Of a stretch of 64,000 nucleotides of DNA, positions 1 through 13,894 are shown one piece after another. Under the pieces are notes generated by a model, which was not told the DNA's origin, made no database searches, and saw only the letters and a list, made by a program, of their open reading frames with translations. Every line of letters starts with the position of its first letter. The stretch's first letter is position 1. The DNA comes from Eledone cirrhosa (lineage: Eukaryota): assembly GCA_964016885.1 (NCBI GenBank), contig OZ024743.1:104408001-104472000 (forward strand), written 5' to 3'. Made by a program: the position numbers and the translations under genes.

Positions 1-308
1 CTGCCGCCGTCAGCAGGTTTGCTCTTCCTTACTGTCGAAAGCGTCAAGTAATATGCTTTGAAATTTATTTCTGGCTATGGGGTCCTTTAGCTTCCATATT
101 TTTCTCCTGAGGATAGTCCTCTTCCGCTGTCTAGTACGTCTCGTCCTGACTATGAGGTCGCTAATTATCAGTCTATGTTGGGAGGTGAATTCTTCATGGG
201 GGTGGGATTTAGTGTTAACAACAGACACTCTGTCACGTCTTCTGGTAAGGATATAATCTACCTGGCTTGTGTGTTCCCCCGATCTATAGGTGATCAAGTG
301 ATTGTCTC

Positions 309-310
<2 letters not shown>
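1..310 (-). mobile_element. RTE LINE family A internal fragment (end of APE endonuclease and linker), runs off the window edge
   Basis: Translation ITYRSGEHTSQVDYILTRRRDR...IWKLKDP nearly matches the 14289-17519 ORF; stop codon near position 10. Confidence 0.93.
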
Positions 311-364
<54 letters not shown>

Positions 365-365
<1 letters not shown>

Positions 366-697
366 CATGGCTTAGTGGTTAGAGCATTGACCTTGAAAGG
401 TTGTGAGTTCAATTCTCAGACCGGGTGATGTGTTGTTTCCTTGAGCAAGACACTTTATTTTACATTGCTCCAGTTTACTCAGCTGTAGAAATAAGATGAT
501 AGGACTGGGGTCCCTATCATTCCACTGCAAAGTGGTCATGGAGGTGCCATGACAAAAAAGCACCCAGCCCACACTGTAAATGAGGTTGGTATTAGGAAGG
601 GCATCCAGCTGTAGAAATCAAGCCAGAATCAGTTCCCATTCCACCCTTGCAAGCAGGGAAAAGCAGACGTAAAATGATGATGATGATGATGATGATG
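365..697 (+). mobile_element. tRNA-derived CORE-type SINE with RTE tail (family S1)
   Basis: A box TGGCTTAGTGG, B box GAGTTCAATTC, CORE-like GTGTTGTTTCCTTGAGCAAGACACTT, (GAT)n tail; many copies in the window. Confidence 0.9.
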
Positions 698-711
698 GTA
701 TATATATATAT

Positions 712-1048
712 CATGGCTGGAACTCGATTTTGAGTAATGCCATTGCTTGATACTTAAGCATGAGTATCAGAGACGTGGCTTTTTAGTCCTGCTAGGGACC
801 CGCCTATGGCTAGCAATACCATGAATCGCAAAAAATGTCACATATCAAGCGATGCCTGTGCTTGAAGCTTTTTTTAAGTGAGGAAAAGCTTTTCACAGGG
901 CCGATCCCACTCTCTGAACATCGAATGCATTCGCCCAAAAAGAAGAACTGGTCTACATCATTGGATGCAAACGATGTCACAGGTTTTATATCAGAGTGAC
1001 CTTCTCCTAGAGAGATGTCTTAATGTAGACTAGGCGTCTCTTGCTCCA
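712..1048 (-). mobile_element. Degenerate 3' end of a non-LTR element with C-terminal C2H2 finger remnant
   Basis: Minus strand reads SLAGLKSHVSDTHA*; homologous copy at 51612-51945 and related end at 31770-32055. Confidence 0.6.
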
Positions 1049-1554
1049 TGAAATTAAAAAAAAAACACATACATACATACACATATATCCATATCAGATT
1101 ACATACATATATGCATATGATTAGATCCATGCTCATACACCCATACACATACACACACTTACATATACTGCACTCAACACCACTGATATTAAAGAAAGCT
1201 GCTGTAGTATCTCTGATAGAAAATGTTACAACTGATGAAAGTTTCTTTAGTTTTGTTAAAAAACTTCCGAATTCATTTAGTAATATTGTATATAAAGTAT
1301 CAAACTTTCGAAGAGAAGAGCTGAGGGATTATAAAGCTCATGGAAAATGAAAGAAACTCATTCACAAAAATAACTACAATTACAGCCACTAGTTTTCGAT
1401 CCATAGGAGTATTTTACCTGATTTTCTAAGCTATTATTTATAACAATCAACTATATTTGCAATTATTTCTGCATCTGAGTTTCTTACATTTCTATTTAGA
1501 AGTATGTATTTTTAGACATAAGACCAGAAAGGAGACAGAAAGTATTAAAACAAT

Positions 1555-1815
1555 TTATTTAATGTAAAAAATTCAAATGTCTTTTGTGGTTATGAAAAAG
1601 GAAGGAAAAGACAAGGGCACTAGGGTCACAGAAGAATGGGAGGGGGGAAGGGGGAGGGTGATTGGGCACTAGGCATAGGGCATGGTGGTATTGGGGCTGT
1701 GCCTCGCAGACAAGACTGCAAAAGTATTCCCATGAACAATGGCCAGCGACACCTGCTGCAAGAGCCATGCCACCAGGAGCTCGGCAGTATGGGGTCCAAG
1801 TACGTCTGAGGTCTT
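1555..1815 (-). mobile_element. CRE-like non-LTR retrotransposon 3' fragment
   Basis: Frame absent from the ORF track reads TSDVLGPHTAELLVAWLLQQVSLAIVHGNTFAVLSA, matching WLFQRISLAVLPGNAFSILSA at about 47300. Confidence 0.8.
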
Positions 1816-1879
1816 GACATATTATTCATTATTACAATCCCACAAAGATGATGGCAATTGAACTTAGAAAGATAATGAG

Positions 1880-2080
1880 GCTTTCTAATTTAGTCAGAAA
1901 GCGAGCATTTGTCAGGTGAGGAAAGTTGTTTAAATCGACCTTAGTACTTTACTGATGGTACTTTACTTTATTGACCCCTGAAGTTGATTTTAGTGGTATT
2001 TGAACTCAGTATATAAAGAGCTGGAACAGATACCGCAAAGCATTTTGTCTGGTACTCTAATAGTTTAGTCAATCCAACAC
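1880..2080 (-). mobile_element. Degenerate Meta-domain-like SINE (family S2)
   Basis: Homologous to 58586-58765 (GGTACTTTA..TTTATTGACCCC, ATTTGAACTCAG). Confidence 0.65.
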
Positions 2081-2341
2081 TAACTCAGGAAACTGTGATA
2101 ATATTGGTTTCTAATTTATACACAAGACCTAATAATTCTGCTAATGTAGTAATCTAGTAAATTAAAGTGCTAATAATAGATTACATGTGGTGTAAAGCAT
2201 CTGTCACACTGTGGCAGGGAGATGATAACAGTGTGTGATGGACAGAGAGAAAGAGAGCCATGGTGGCAGCAACAAACACTGGATTGTTTTCTTTTTTAAT
2301 CTCATATCTTTAGGGAAAGGAGGTGGCCAGTATGTATATCC

Positions 2342-2397
<56 letters not shown>

Positions 2398-2529
2398 TGA
2401 GAAAGAGAGATAGAGCCAGTGGTGGTGGCAGTGAAGATAGTGGTGTTGAAGTTTTTATCATATTATAAATGAGTAAAATATTCCATTTTGGGTGTTTCAG
2501 TAATTTATTAATTTATTATTTGTGTATGG

Positions 2530-2698
2530 ATGGCCAGTATCAGTAGAGAGTCGGACGCCATGCTTTGCAGCATAGAGTTACAGCCCTTTGCGTTCTGAGT
2601 TTAACTTTGCCTTTCATCCTTACGGGGGGTCGATAAAATAAAGTACGAGTAATGCACTGGGATAATTGTTTGCCTTGTGCCAAAAGTAGAAACAATTT
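2530..2698 (+). mobile_element. Meta-domain-like tRNA SINE (S2) with internal deletion
   Basis: ACTTTGCCTTTCATCCTTACGGGGGTCGATAAAATAAAGTAC core; reverse complement of 58586-58765. Confidence 0.8.
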
Positions 2699-3447
2699 GT
2701 GTATATATATATATTAACAGTTTCCTGACTATATGTAAAGATGTTTCTGTTTTCGAATTTGGAGATATTTGGATATGCGTTTGGTAAATAATTATCTTTT
2801 TTGTATTATTTAATGATTGTGAAGAATTCAGCACAGAGTAATAAATTGCTACTTTCTTCTGCATTTGAAAAAAACGTGTGTAAATTTATTAAATAATGTT
2901 ATTATACCCTGCTTATTTATTTATTCATTTTATTCTGTCATATTGTAAAACTATTAGGGAAATTTACCTTATGTATATATATATTAGGGAAATCTACCTT
3001 ATATGTATATATATATATAATAAAAGTAACGAAGATCACTGGAATTAAGGTATTAAGTCAATAATCTCCAGCCAACGTTTAGCTCACTCAACGAATCTGC
3101 AGAATTGCAGTAATGCAGCTGCAATCAGCTGTTCAGAGTGCACACATTTAGTTAATAGCAGATACGGTGGCTGTGTTTTGGTAGAGAGAAAGGTAAAAAT
3201 CTCAACTCCTGGACAATATCGTTTCTGTGCATCATAACTTCACAAATGCAGATATTACATCCACAATGTTCAGAAAGTCACATAATATCAGCAGATATTT
3301 ATGTAACCAGCCTGTTACACTTCATCAGTAGATGGTCCAAGTCATAAGATAGGGCTATACAGTGTGTGTTAGCCATTACCACCGGATAAGGTATCTAGTA
3401 GTTCTTGCCATATATCTATATTTTAAATTAATAGATATATGTTTTGA

Positions 3448-3548
3448 ATTACTATTGCCCTGGACAAATCTCCATACAGCTTTGTTATTGAGAAGCTCAA
3501 ATATCAAACATAATTGATATGTTTTGATACCTTAAATTTGTGTGTGTT

Positions 3549-3599
<51 letters not shown>

Positions 3600-4185
3600 A
3601 TACGTATATATATACATACACATATATATATATATATGTGTGTGTGTGTGTATATACTTATATATATACATATATATATATGTATATATATATATATGTG
3701 TGTATATATATATATATATATACATATATATATGTATATATATTGTATATACACACACACATATATATACACACATATATACATAACTTATATATATGTA
3801 TATATACATTTATATATATATATATATATACACATATATATATATACACATATATATATATACACAATATATATATACATATATATATATATACATATAT
3901 GTATATACATATATATATACATATATGTATATACATATATATATATATACCAATATATATATATATACAATATGTATACACAAATATATATACACATATA
4001 TATATATACACACACATATATATATATACACATATATATATATATGTTTACACACACACATATATATATGTATATATATATACACACACACAAATTTAAG
4101 GTATCAAAACATATCAATTATGTTTGATATTTGAGCTTCTCAATAAAAAAAGTTGTGTAGAGATTTGTCCAGAGCAATAGTAATT
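3448..4185. repeat. Foldback structure: about 95-bp inverted arms enclosing a TA/CA microsatellite
   Basis: 3448-3545 is the reverse complement of 4086-4185 (GAGAAGCTCAAATATCAAACATAATTGATATGTTTTGATACCTTAAATTTG). Confidence 0.9.
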
Positions 4186-4189
4186 GTGC

Positions 4190-4243
<54 letters not shown>

Positions 4244-4245
<2 letters not shown>

Positions 4246-4745
4246 TCATCATCATCATCAACGTTTAACGTCCGTGTTCCACGCTTGCATGGGTTTGGAC
4301 GGGGGTTTTCCCACTTGAGGCAAGAGTGATTGTCTTGCTCGCATAAGACTGTCTGGCGGGTTTTCTACAGCTGCATGCCCTTCCTAACACCAACCACATT
4401 TACAGTGTGGGGCTGGGAGGTTTTTACCGTGTTGCCTACACGGCCACATTACAGCATGGACTGTGTGTTTTTTTGTCGTGACACCTACACGATCTCATTT
4501 GTTTCGGCCTGGATGTTGTGGCCCCAACTTAACTTTACATTGAAAGGGGCGGTGTGGATGGGGTGGGGGTGGTGGGACGGGGGTGTATTTTGTTAGAGAT
4601 GCCTACTGACTGTAGTAGGTTTTACTTTGTATTTAGGTAAGGCGGGTCTTCTCTATTACTGAGTACAGCCAAAGGTCTCGGTCCAGTGACATTGTCATGG
4701 AGAGGTGTAAGTGTGTGAGGTTGGAATTTATCAGCTCGTCCCAGG

Positions 4746-4750
<5 letters not shown>
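4244..4750 (-). mobile_element. RTE-A 3' fragment (ORF end, 3'UTR, (GAT)n tail)
   Basis: Matches 13895-14405. Confidence 0.93.
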
Positions 4751-4798
<48 letters not shown>

Positions 4799-4815
4799 TC
4801 ATCATCATCATCATT

Positions 4816-7412
4816 TTACGTCCGCTTTTCCCTGCTTGCAAGGGTGGGACGGGTCTTATTCAGCACAGCATCTCTCCACTCGTCACGGTCCCTCGTCATC
4901 TCCACCGTGAGCTTCAATGATCTGAGGTCTGTTCTCACTACCTCCGCCGATGTTTTTCGTGGTCTACCTCTACCACGTCTTCCTTCAACTGGCATTTCCT
5001 GGCACTTCTTCACCCATCGGTCATCCTCCATGCGCATCACATGTCCATACCACCTCAGTCTCCTCTCCCGTACACTACATTCTATCCCTCTCAGACACAG
5101 TTTCTCTCTCAACACATTTATGCTGGGTCGTTCACGCACATTTACACTGCACATCCAACGGAGCATGCTTGCCTCATTTCTCTCCAGCCGTCGCATATCC
5201 TCTGCGGTTGCTGCCCATGTCTCACTACCATGCAGCATCGCGCTCCTCACACTGGCATCATACAACCGGCCTTTCGTATGCAGGGAGAAACCCTTCTTCG
5301 TCAACAGAGGAAGCAGCTCCCTAAACTTCTTCCAACACCCTCCTCCCATGCTAATCTGATCTCCTAGGTACCGGAAGCTATCCACCACTTCTATAGCGCC
5401 CTCTCGCATTTGAAAAATGTGTCTATCAGTGCGACTTCTACTGTCTAATTTCCCTGTACATCTACTGCATACATATTTCTCCCTACCTGTTAGTTTGCCT
5501 GCTATCCCGCTACATCTCTTGTGTACCCAGGACCTGCATTGTGTGCATTTTATAGAATTTATGCCAGTTGCTTTTCTGCATATCGAACATGGCCATTTCC
5601 CTGACGGAATCAGGGTTTTGTCCTCTTTTCTACTCATCAACACTTTTGTCTTAGCTAGATTTACTCTCAGTCCTCTTGCTTCCAACTGCTGTTTCCATAG
5701 CCGGAATTTATTCTCTAGCTCCTCTACTGATTCTGCTATAAGAGCCAGATCGTCAGCATAGAGAAGTTCCCATGGACAGCCAGTCTTAAACTCCTCTGTT
5801 ATGGCTTGGAGGACTATAATGAACAAGAGCGGGCTGAGGACCGAACCCTGATGTACTCCTACTTGTATCTGGAATTCCTCACTAAACTCCATTCCTACCC
5901 TGACTTTACTGAGAGTACCTCTGTACAAAGTTTGCACTGTCCTCACAAGCCATTCCTCAACACCTAGCTTCCTTAGGGACCACCAGATGACAGATCGGGG
6001 TACCCTATCAAAGGCCTTCTCTAGGTCAACAAAGGCTAAGTATAGTGGCTTATTCTTCTCTAAGAACCTCTCTTGCATTTGTCTCACCAAGAAGAGGGCA
6101 TCTGTTGTACTCTTCCCAGGCACAAAACCAAACTGCATCTCATCTAGTTTGACCCTTTCTCTAATTAGTTGTGCTAAAATCCTTTCTGCCACTTTCATAA
6201 CCTGATCTATCAGTTTTATACCCCTATAATTGCTCCTCTCCAAAGCATCCCCTTTACCTTTGTAGCAATTTATGAGAATACTGCTGCACCAGTCTTTGGG
6301 TATGACACCACCATATATAGCCTGATTGATGATGCGTGCAACCAGTTTAGTGCCTACGTCCCCTGATGCCTTCAGCATCTCAGCAACTATTCCCGATGGT
6401 CCGGCCGCCTTACCATTTTTCATTTCCCTAATCGCCTCTTGGACCCTATATTCGTCAATCTCAATAGCTGGTCCCTCTGTCGGATCTACCAAGGGTAATT
6501 TCTCTCTCTCCCATTCGTTCTCCACATTCATCAGTCTCTCATAATGACATTTCCAGGCCTCCTTTTTCTGGTCATTCGTGACACTAAGTACACCGGCATC
6601 ATCCCGGACACATTTATCTCCAACAACATCTTGATTTGCATGGACACACTGCCTTGCAATGTGGAACACCGCACGCCTCTGATCTTCCTGTCGCAGAACA
6701 TTGGCAAACCTCCTACTCTCTGCCTCCCTGCGTGCTAAGTACACCTGACGTCTAGCTTCTCTCTTAGTGGCTGTATATTCTTCCCTACTCCCACCCTTTT
6801 TCCAAGCCTTCCATGCTAGTCTTTTGTCTCTAATAGCCTTATCTACTGTGGTCACTCTCTGTCTGGTTGGAGCTCTGCTCCAGCCACAGGTTTCATCAGT
6901 AGCCTGCAGCAAGTTGTCACATAAGAACTTCCAGTTATTATCTATGTCATACGTCTCTAAATCGTCTTCTTTATCGTCATATACATCTTGAAGGGCTTTC
7001 CTAAATTTGTATTTTAGTGAAAGGTCTTTTAGCTTCCAGACCTTTCTTCTCCACACCTTCCTATATGTCTCATTCCATCTCTTGCTTACTGAGATATCAC
7101 TAACAACTAACCTATGCTGTGGGGTACATTCTTCCCCAGGGTATGCCTTGGTATTAGACACTATCTGCCTGTCCCGCTGCCTAACTAGCAGGAAGTCAAT
7201 CTGGCTTATGTGCTCACCAGATTTGTAGGTTATTAGGTGATTGGCAGGTTTCTGGAAGTTTGTGTTGCAAATAGTCAATGTACTCGCATCACAAAATTCA
7301 AGAAGCCTCACTCCTTCTTCATTTCTTGAACCGTAACCGTGCCCACCATGTGCCCCAGTGTAACCATCCTGGAGCTGTCCAACATGACCATTGAAGTCTC
7401 CTGCTAGCATAA

Positions 7413-7415
<3 letters not shown>
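4816..7415 (-). CDS. RTE LINE family B, 5'-truncated open ORF (partial APE, RT, PHD-type finger)
   Basis: [51 protein letters not shown]; stop codon directly followed by (ATG)n tail; the ORF-track N-terminus is microsatellite. Confidence 0.95.
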
Positions 7416-7461
<46 letters not shown>

Positions 7462-7464
<3 letters not shown>

Positions 7465-7606
7465 GCACATGGCTTATTAGTGGTTAGAGCATTGGCCTAG
7501 CAATCGAAAAGTTGTGAGTTCAATTCTCAGCCCGGGTGATGTGTTGTTTCCTTGAGCAAGACATTTTATTTCACATTGCTCCAGTTTACTCAGCTGTACA
7601 AATGAG
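7462..7606 (+). mobile_element. S1 SINE head (tRNA + CORE), 3' part absent
   Basis: Matches 9549-9690. Confidence 0.85.
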
Positions 7607-7662
7607 ATATATATTATATATATATTTATATATATACATATATATGTATATGTGTATATATA

Positions 7663-8825
7663 TAGTGGTAGAACACTGGAAGGTAATATCCGTAGTGGTA
7701 GAGCACTCAGTCCATGGGACGAGTTAGGTAGAAGTGGTTACACAACAGTTAGTTCACCATACCGAGAACAATTGTTTCACCTTAGCGGATCCTCAGCTCG
7801 TAATGGACATGGTTATACGGAACAGGAAAGACAACCATACGAACACGCATGCGCAGAAACGATCAGTTCACACAGGTAATACTAAATTGCGTGTGAGAGG
7901 TGTAAGGGAGATAACTGTGAAAGTGCGAAAGTTTCTAGTTGGTAAGAAAATTAGGATGCTGTTGTAATTCTATCCGGAGCTTTGTAGTTATGTAAGAGCT
8001 GTTTCCGTGTGGACAACGTGTGAAGAATTCATTTCTCGTGTTTAGGCAATCACTATTTATTCGTTCATCAATAGTCCACACGATGGATTTCCTCTTGCGT
8101 ATATGGCTTGGACTTAGTGATGGCTTTCCATTGAATGGAGTAGTCTATACTTGAGTCCTTGAGGAACCATACGTGGCTCGCGAGTTTCGTGGATGAACAT
8201 CTGTCCAGATACCTAAAGGTCGACTGGTGGTTCAGGAAGCGTTCCTTAAATCGGCCCTAACCACATAGGATTTGACCTCCTGTGGTTGATTTGGTCGTTT
8301 GGAAGTGACCACAGCTTCATAAACTACAGCGGGTGTGTTGCATTGCTGTTGAGGGGACAAGCTTCAGGCTTATGGCAAGTGCACCCTGGTGGGGTGTTGC
8401 TCTTAGGGCTGTTGGTGATGTGGGCCTTCATGTTCTTAGCGCAGGAGTATCCTAGTTTTACTTTGTGCCGGTTAAAGATGGAGCGGTATTTATGACCTAT
8501 GGGAAAGTGTCTATCTAAGAGGGCTAGAAATTTTTTGCCTACATTGGTTTTAATGTTGAGTGAGAAGGGAGGAGAGAACCAGATAGTTTGTCTATTGTTA
8601 CGCTTTCTTTTCTTATTGCTGTTGTTGTTAATGGGAGAGTAAGTGATAGGTTGCGAGAAGCCGCTGTTAGCTAACGCCGTGTTATAGTAGGGTACCGCCC
8701 TGTCAAAGATAGCCTTATTAGAGGAGAGGTTTGAGATTCTAGTACTGATATTATTTACAAAGTTTCTAAAAACAGTGGGAGGGTGGCATGAGTCCTTGTG
8801 AAGGTAATTGAATTTTTCATTTAGC
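7663..8825 (-). mobile_element. Penelope-like element (Naiad-like) 3' fragment: RT thumb, linker, GIY-YIG, terminal repeat; frameshifted
   Basis: Minus strand reads YLHKDSCHPP...IWFSPPFSLNIKTNVGKKFLALLDRHFP...GYSCAKNM...CTCHKPEACPL...VVYEAVV...FKERF...LASHVWFLKD...CLNTRNE. Confidence 0.88.
7763..7800 (-). ncRNA. Minimal type I hammerhead ribozyme motif
   Basis: CGAG-CUGAGGA-UCCGCUAAGGU-GAAACAAUUGUU-CUCG: stem I CGAG/CUCG, palindromic stem III ACAAUUGU. Confidence 0.75.
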
Positions 8826-8857
8826 AGCTAAACAAAAAACTCGATTACGCAAAAACG

Positions 8858-9020
8858 CAAAAAATTTCTAGCAAACTTAGATAGACACTTTCCCATAGGT
8901 CATAAATACTGCTCCATCTTTAACAGACACAAAGTAAAACTAGGATACTCCTGTGCTAAGAACATGAATTTAGTATTGCTTGTGTGAACTGATCGTTTCT
9001 GCGCATGCGCGTTCGTAGGA
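8858..9020 (+). repeat. Inverted, internally deleted copy of the adjacent Penelope element
   Basis: Reverse complement of about 8428-8537 fused to about 7838-7888. Confidence 0.85.
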
Positions 9021-9180
9021 CCATGACACGAGCTACATGCCGGCAAAACATTTGTAACATGAAATAAACTAAGTCCAGATGCATCACTGATTTTTCGTTT
9101 TCTTTATAATATCTACACTCTACTCTGATGAATATCGAGTGCTAATTTTGGCATACCACCTACGGAAGCACCATAGCTAC

Positions 9181-9890
<710 letters not shown>

Positions 9891-9968
9891 TATATGTGTG
9901 TGTATATATATATATATATATGAATATATATATATATATATATGAATATATATATATATATATATATA

Positions 9969-10004
<36 letters not shown>

Positions 10005-10020
10005 TATATATATATGAATA

Positions 10021-10989
10021 TCATCATCATCATCATCAGGTTTAGCGTCCGTGTTCCACGCTTGCATGGGTTTGGACGGGGGTTTTCCCACTTGAGGCAA
10101 GAGTGGTTGTCTTGCTCGCATAGGACTGTCTGGCGGGTTTTCTACAGTTGGATGCCCTTCCTAACACCAACCACATTTACAGTGTGGGGCTGGGAGGTTT
10201 TTACCGTGTTGCCTACACGGCCACATTTACAGCGTGGACTGTGTGTTTTTTGTCGTAACACCTACACGATCTCATTTGTTTCGGCCTGGATGTTGTGGGA
10301 CCAACATAACTTTACATTGAAAGGGGCGGTGTGGGTGGGGTGGAGGTGGTGGGACGGGGGTGTGTTTTGATAGAGATGCCTACTGACTGTAGTAGGTTTT
10401 TACTTTGTATTTAGGTAAGGCGGGTCTTCTCTATTACTGAGTACCGCCAAAGGTCTCGGTCCAGTGACATTGTCTTGGAGAGGTGTAAGCGTGTGAGGTC
10501 GGAATTTATCAGCTCGTCCCATGTTTTTCTGGGTCTGCCTACTCCGTGGCTACCGTCTATCTTTATTGCCCTGCACTTTGTTATACAGCTGTCGTCTTTC
10601 ATGCGCATCACGTGACCGTACCAACGTAGCCTTCTCTCGAGTAAACAACATCTGATCCCTCTTATTTCTAATTTTTTCCTTAGTTCGTTTATGCTTTGCC
10701 GTTCACGTATATTACTATTGCACTTCCAGCGGAGCATGCAAGCTTCGTTCCTCTCTAGTCTGCGTATATCCTCTGCACACAATGCCCAGGTCTCACTGCC
10801 ATGCAGCATTGCTGTTCGTATGCAGGCATCGTATAACCTGCCTTTCATTTTTAGGGAGAACCCTCTAGCGGCTAATAGTGGTATAAGCTCTCTGAACTTT
10901 TTCCAGCCAGTTCTGACTCTAGCTACTGTACTTTCAGAGCACCCTCCCCCACTGCTGATTTTGTCACCCAGATAACGGAAGCTGTCCAC
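10021..10989 (-). mobile_element. RTE-A 5'-truncated copy
   Basis: [15 protein letters not shown]...EKTRLT* plus 3'UTR and tail. Confidence 0.95.
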
Positions 10990-11007
10990 TATATGTATAT
11001 ATATATA

Positions 11008-11073
<66 letters not shown>

Positions 11074-11109
11074 TATATATATATATGAATATATATATAT
11101 ATATATATA

Positions 11110-11155
<46 letters not shown>

Positions 11156-11165
11156 TATATATATA

Positions 11166-11201
<36 letters not shown>

Positions 11202-11251
11202 TATATATATATGAATATATATATATATATATATATATGAATATATATATA

Positions 11252-11326
<75 letters not shown>

Positions 11327-11349
11327 GTATATATATGTATATATATATG

Positions 11350-11398
<49 letters not shown>

Positions 11399-11421
11399 GT
11401 ATATATATGTATATATATATA

Positions 11422-12080
11422 TTAGAAATAAGAGGGATCAGATGTTGTTTACTCGAGAGAAGGCTACGTTGGTATGGACACGTGATGCGCATGAAAGTCG
11501 ATAGCTGTATAACAAAGTGCAGGGCAATAAAGATAGACGGTAGCCACGGAATAGGCAGACCTAGAAAAACCTGGGACGAGCTGATAAACTCCGACCTCAC
11601 ACACTTACACCTCTCCAAGACAATGTCACTGGACCGAGACCTTTGGCGGTACTCAGTAACAGAGAAGACCCGCCTTACCTAAATACATAGTAAAACCTAC
11701 TACAGCCAGTAGGCATCTCTAACAAAATACACCCCGTCCCACCACCCCCACCCCATCCACACCACCCCCTTCTATGTAAAGTTATGTCGGTGCCACGCCA
11801 TCCAGGCTGAAACAAATGAGATCGTGTAGGTGTCACGACAAAAAAACACACAGTCCACGCTGTAATGTGGCCGTGTAGGCAACACGGTAAAAACCTCCCA
11901 GACCCACACTGTAAATGTGGTTGGTGTTAGGAAGGGCATCCAACTGTAGAAAACCTGCCAGACAGTCCTATGCGAGCAAGACAATCACTCTTGCCTCAAG
12001 TGGGAAAACCCCCGTCCAAACCCATGCAAGCGTGGAACACGGACGTTAAACGTTGATGATGATGATGATGATGATGATGA
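11422..12080 (+). mobile_element. RTE-A 5'-truncated copy
   Basis: [21 protein letters not shown]...EKTRLT* plus 3'UTR and (GAT)n. Confidence 0.95.
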
Positions 12081-12110
12081 TATATATATATATATATATG
12101 TATATATATG

Positions 12111-13756
<1,646 letters not shown>

Positions 13757-13774
13757 TATATGTATATATATATA

Positions 13775-13842
<68 letters not shown>

Positions 13843-13894
13843 TATATATATATATGAATATATATATATATATATATATGAATATATATATATA

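Noticed and set aside
365-430. tRNA genes
   Set aside because: A/B boxes belong to SINE heads; no complete cloverleaf
3285-3332. Minus-strand CUGAUGA followed by a hairpin
   Set aside because: G of GAAA and the NUH site are missing; at most a decayed hammerhead
4697-7228. Plus-strand ORFs overlapping RTE elements
   Set aside because: Antisense shadows of the RT frame
7960-8825. Selenocysteine recoding reported for some Naiad elements
   Set aside because: No in-frame TGA seen at Cys positions; fragment is frameshifted
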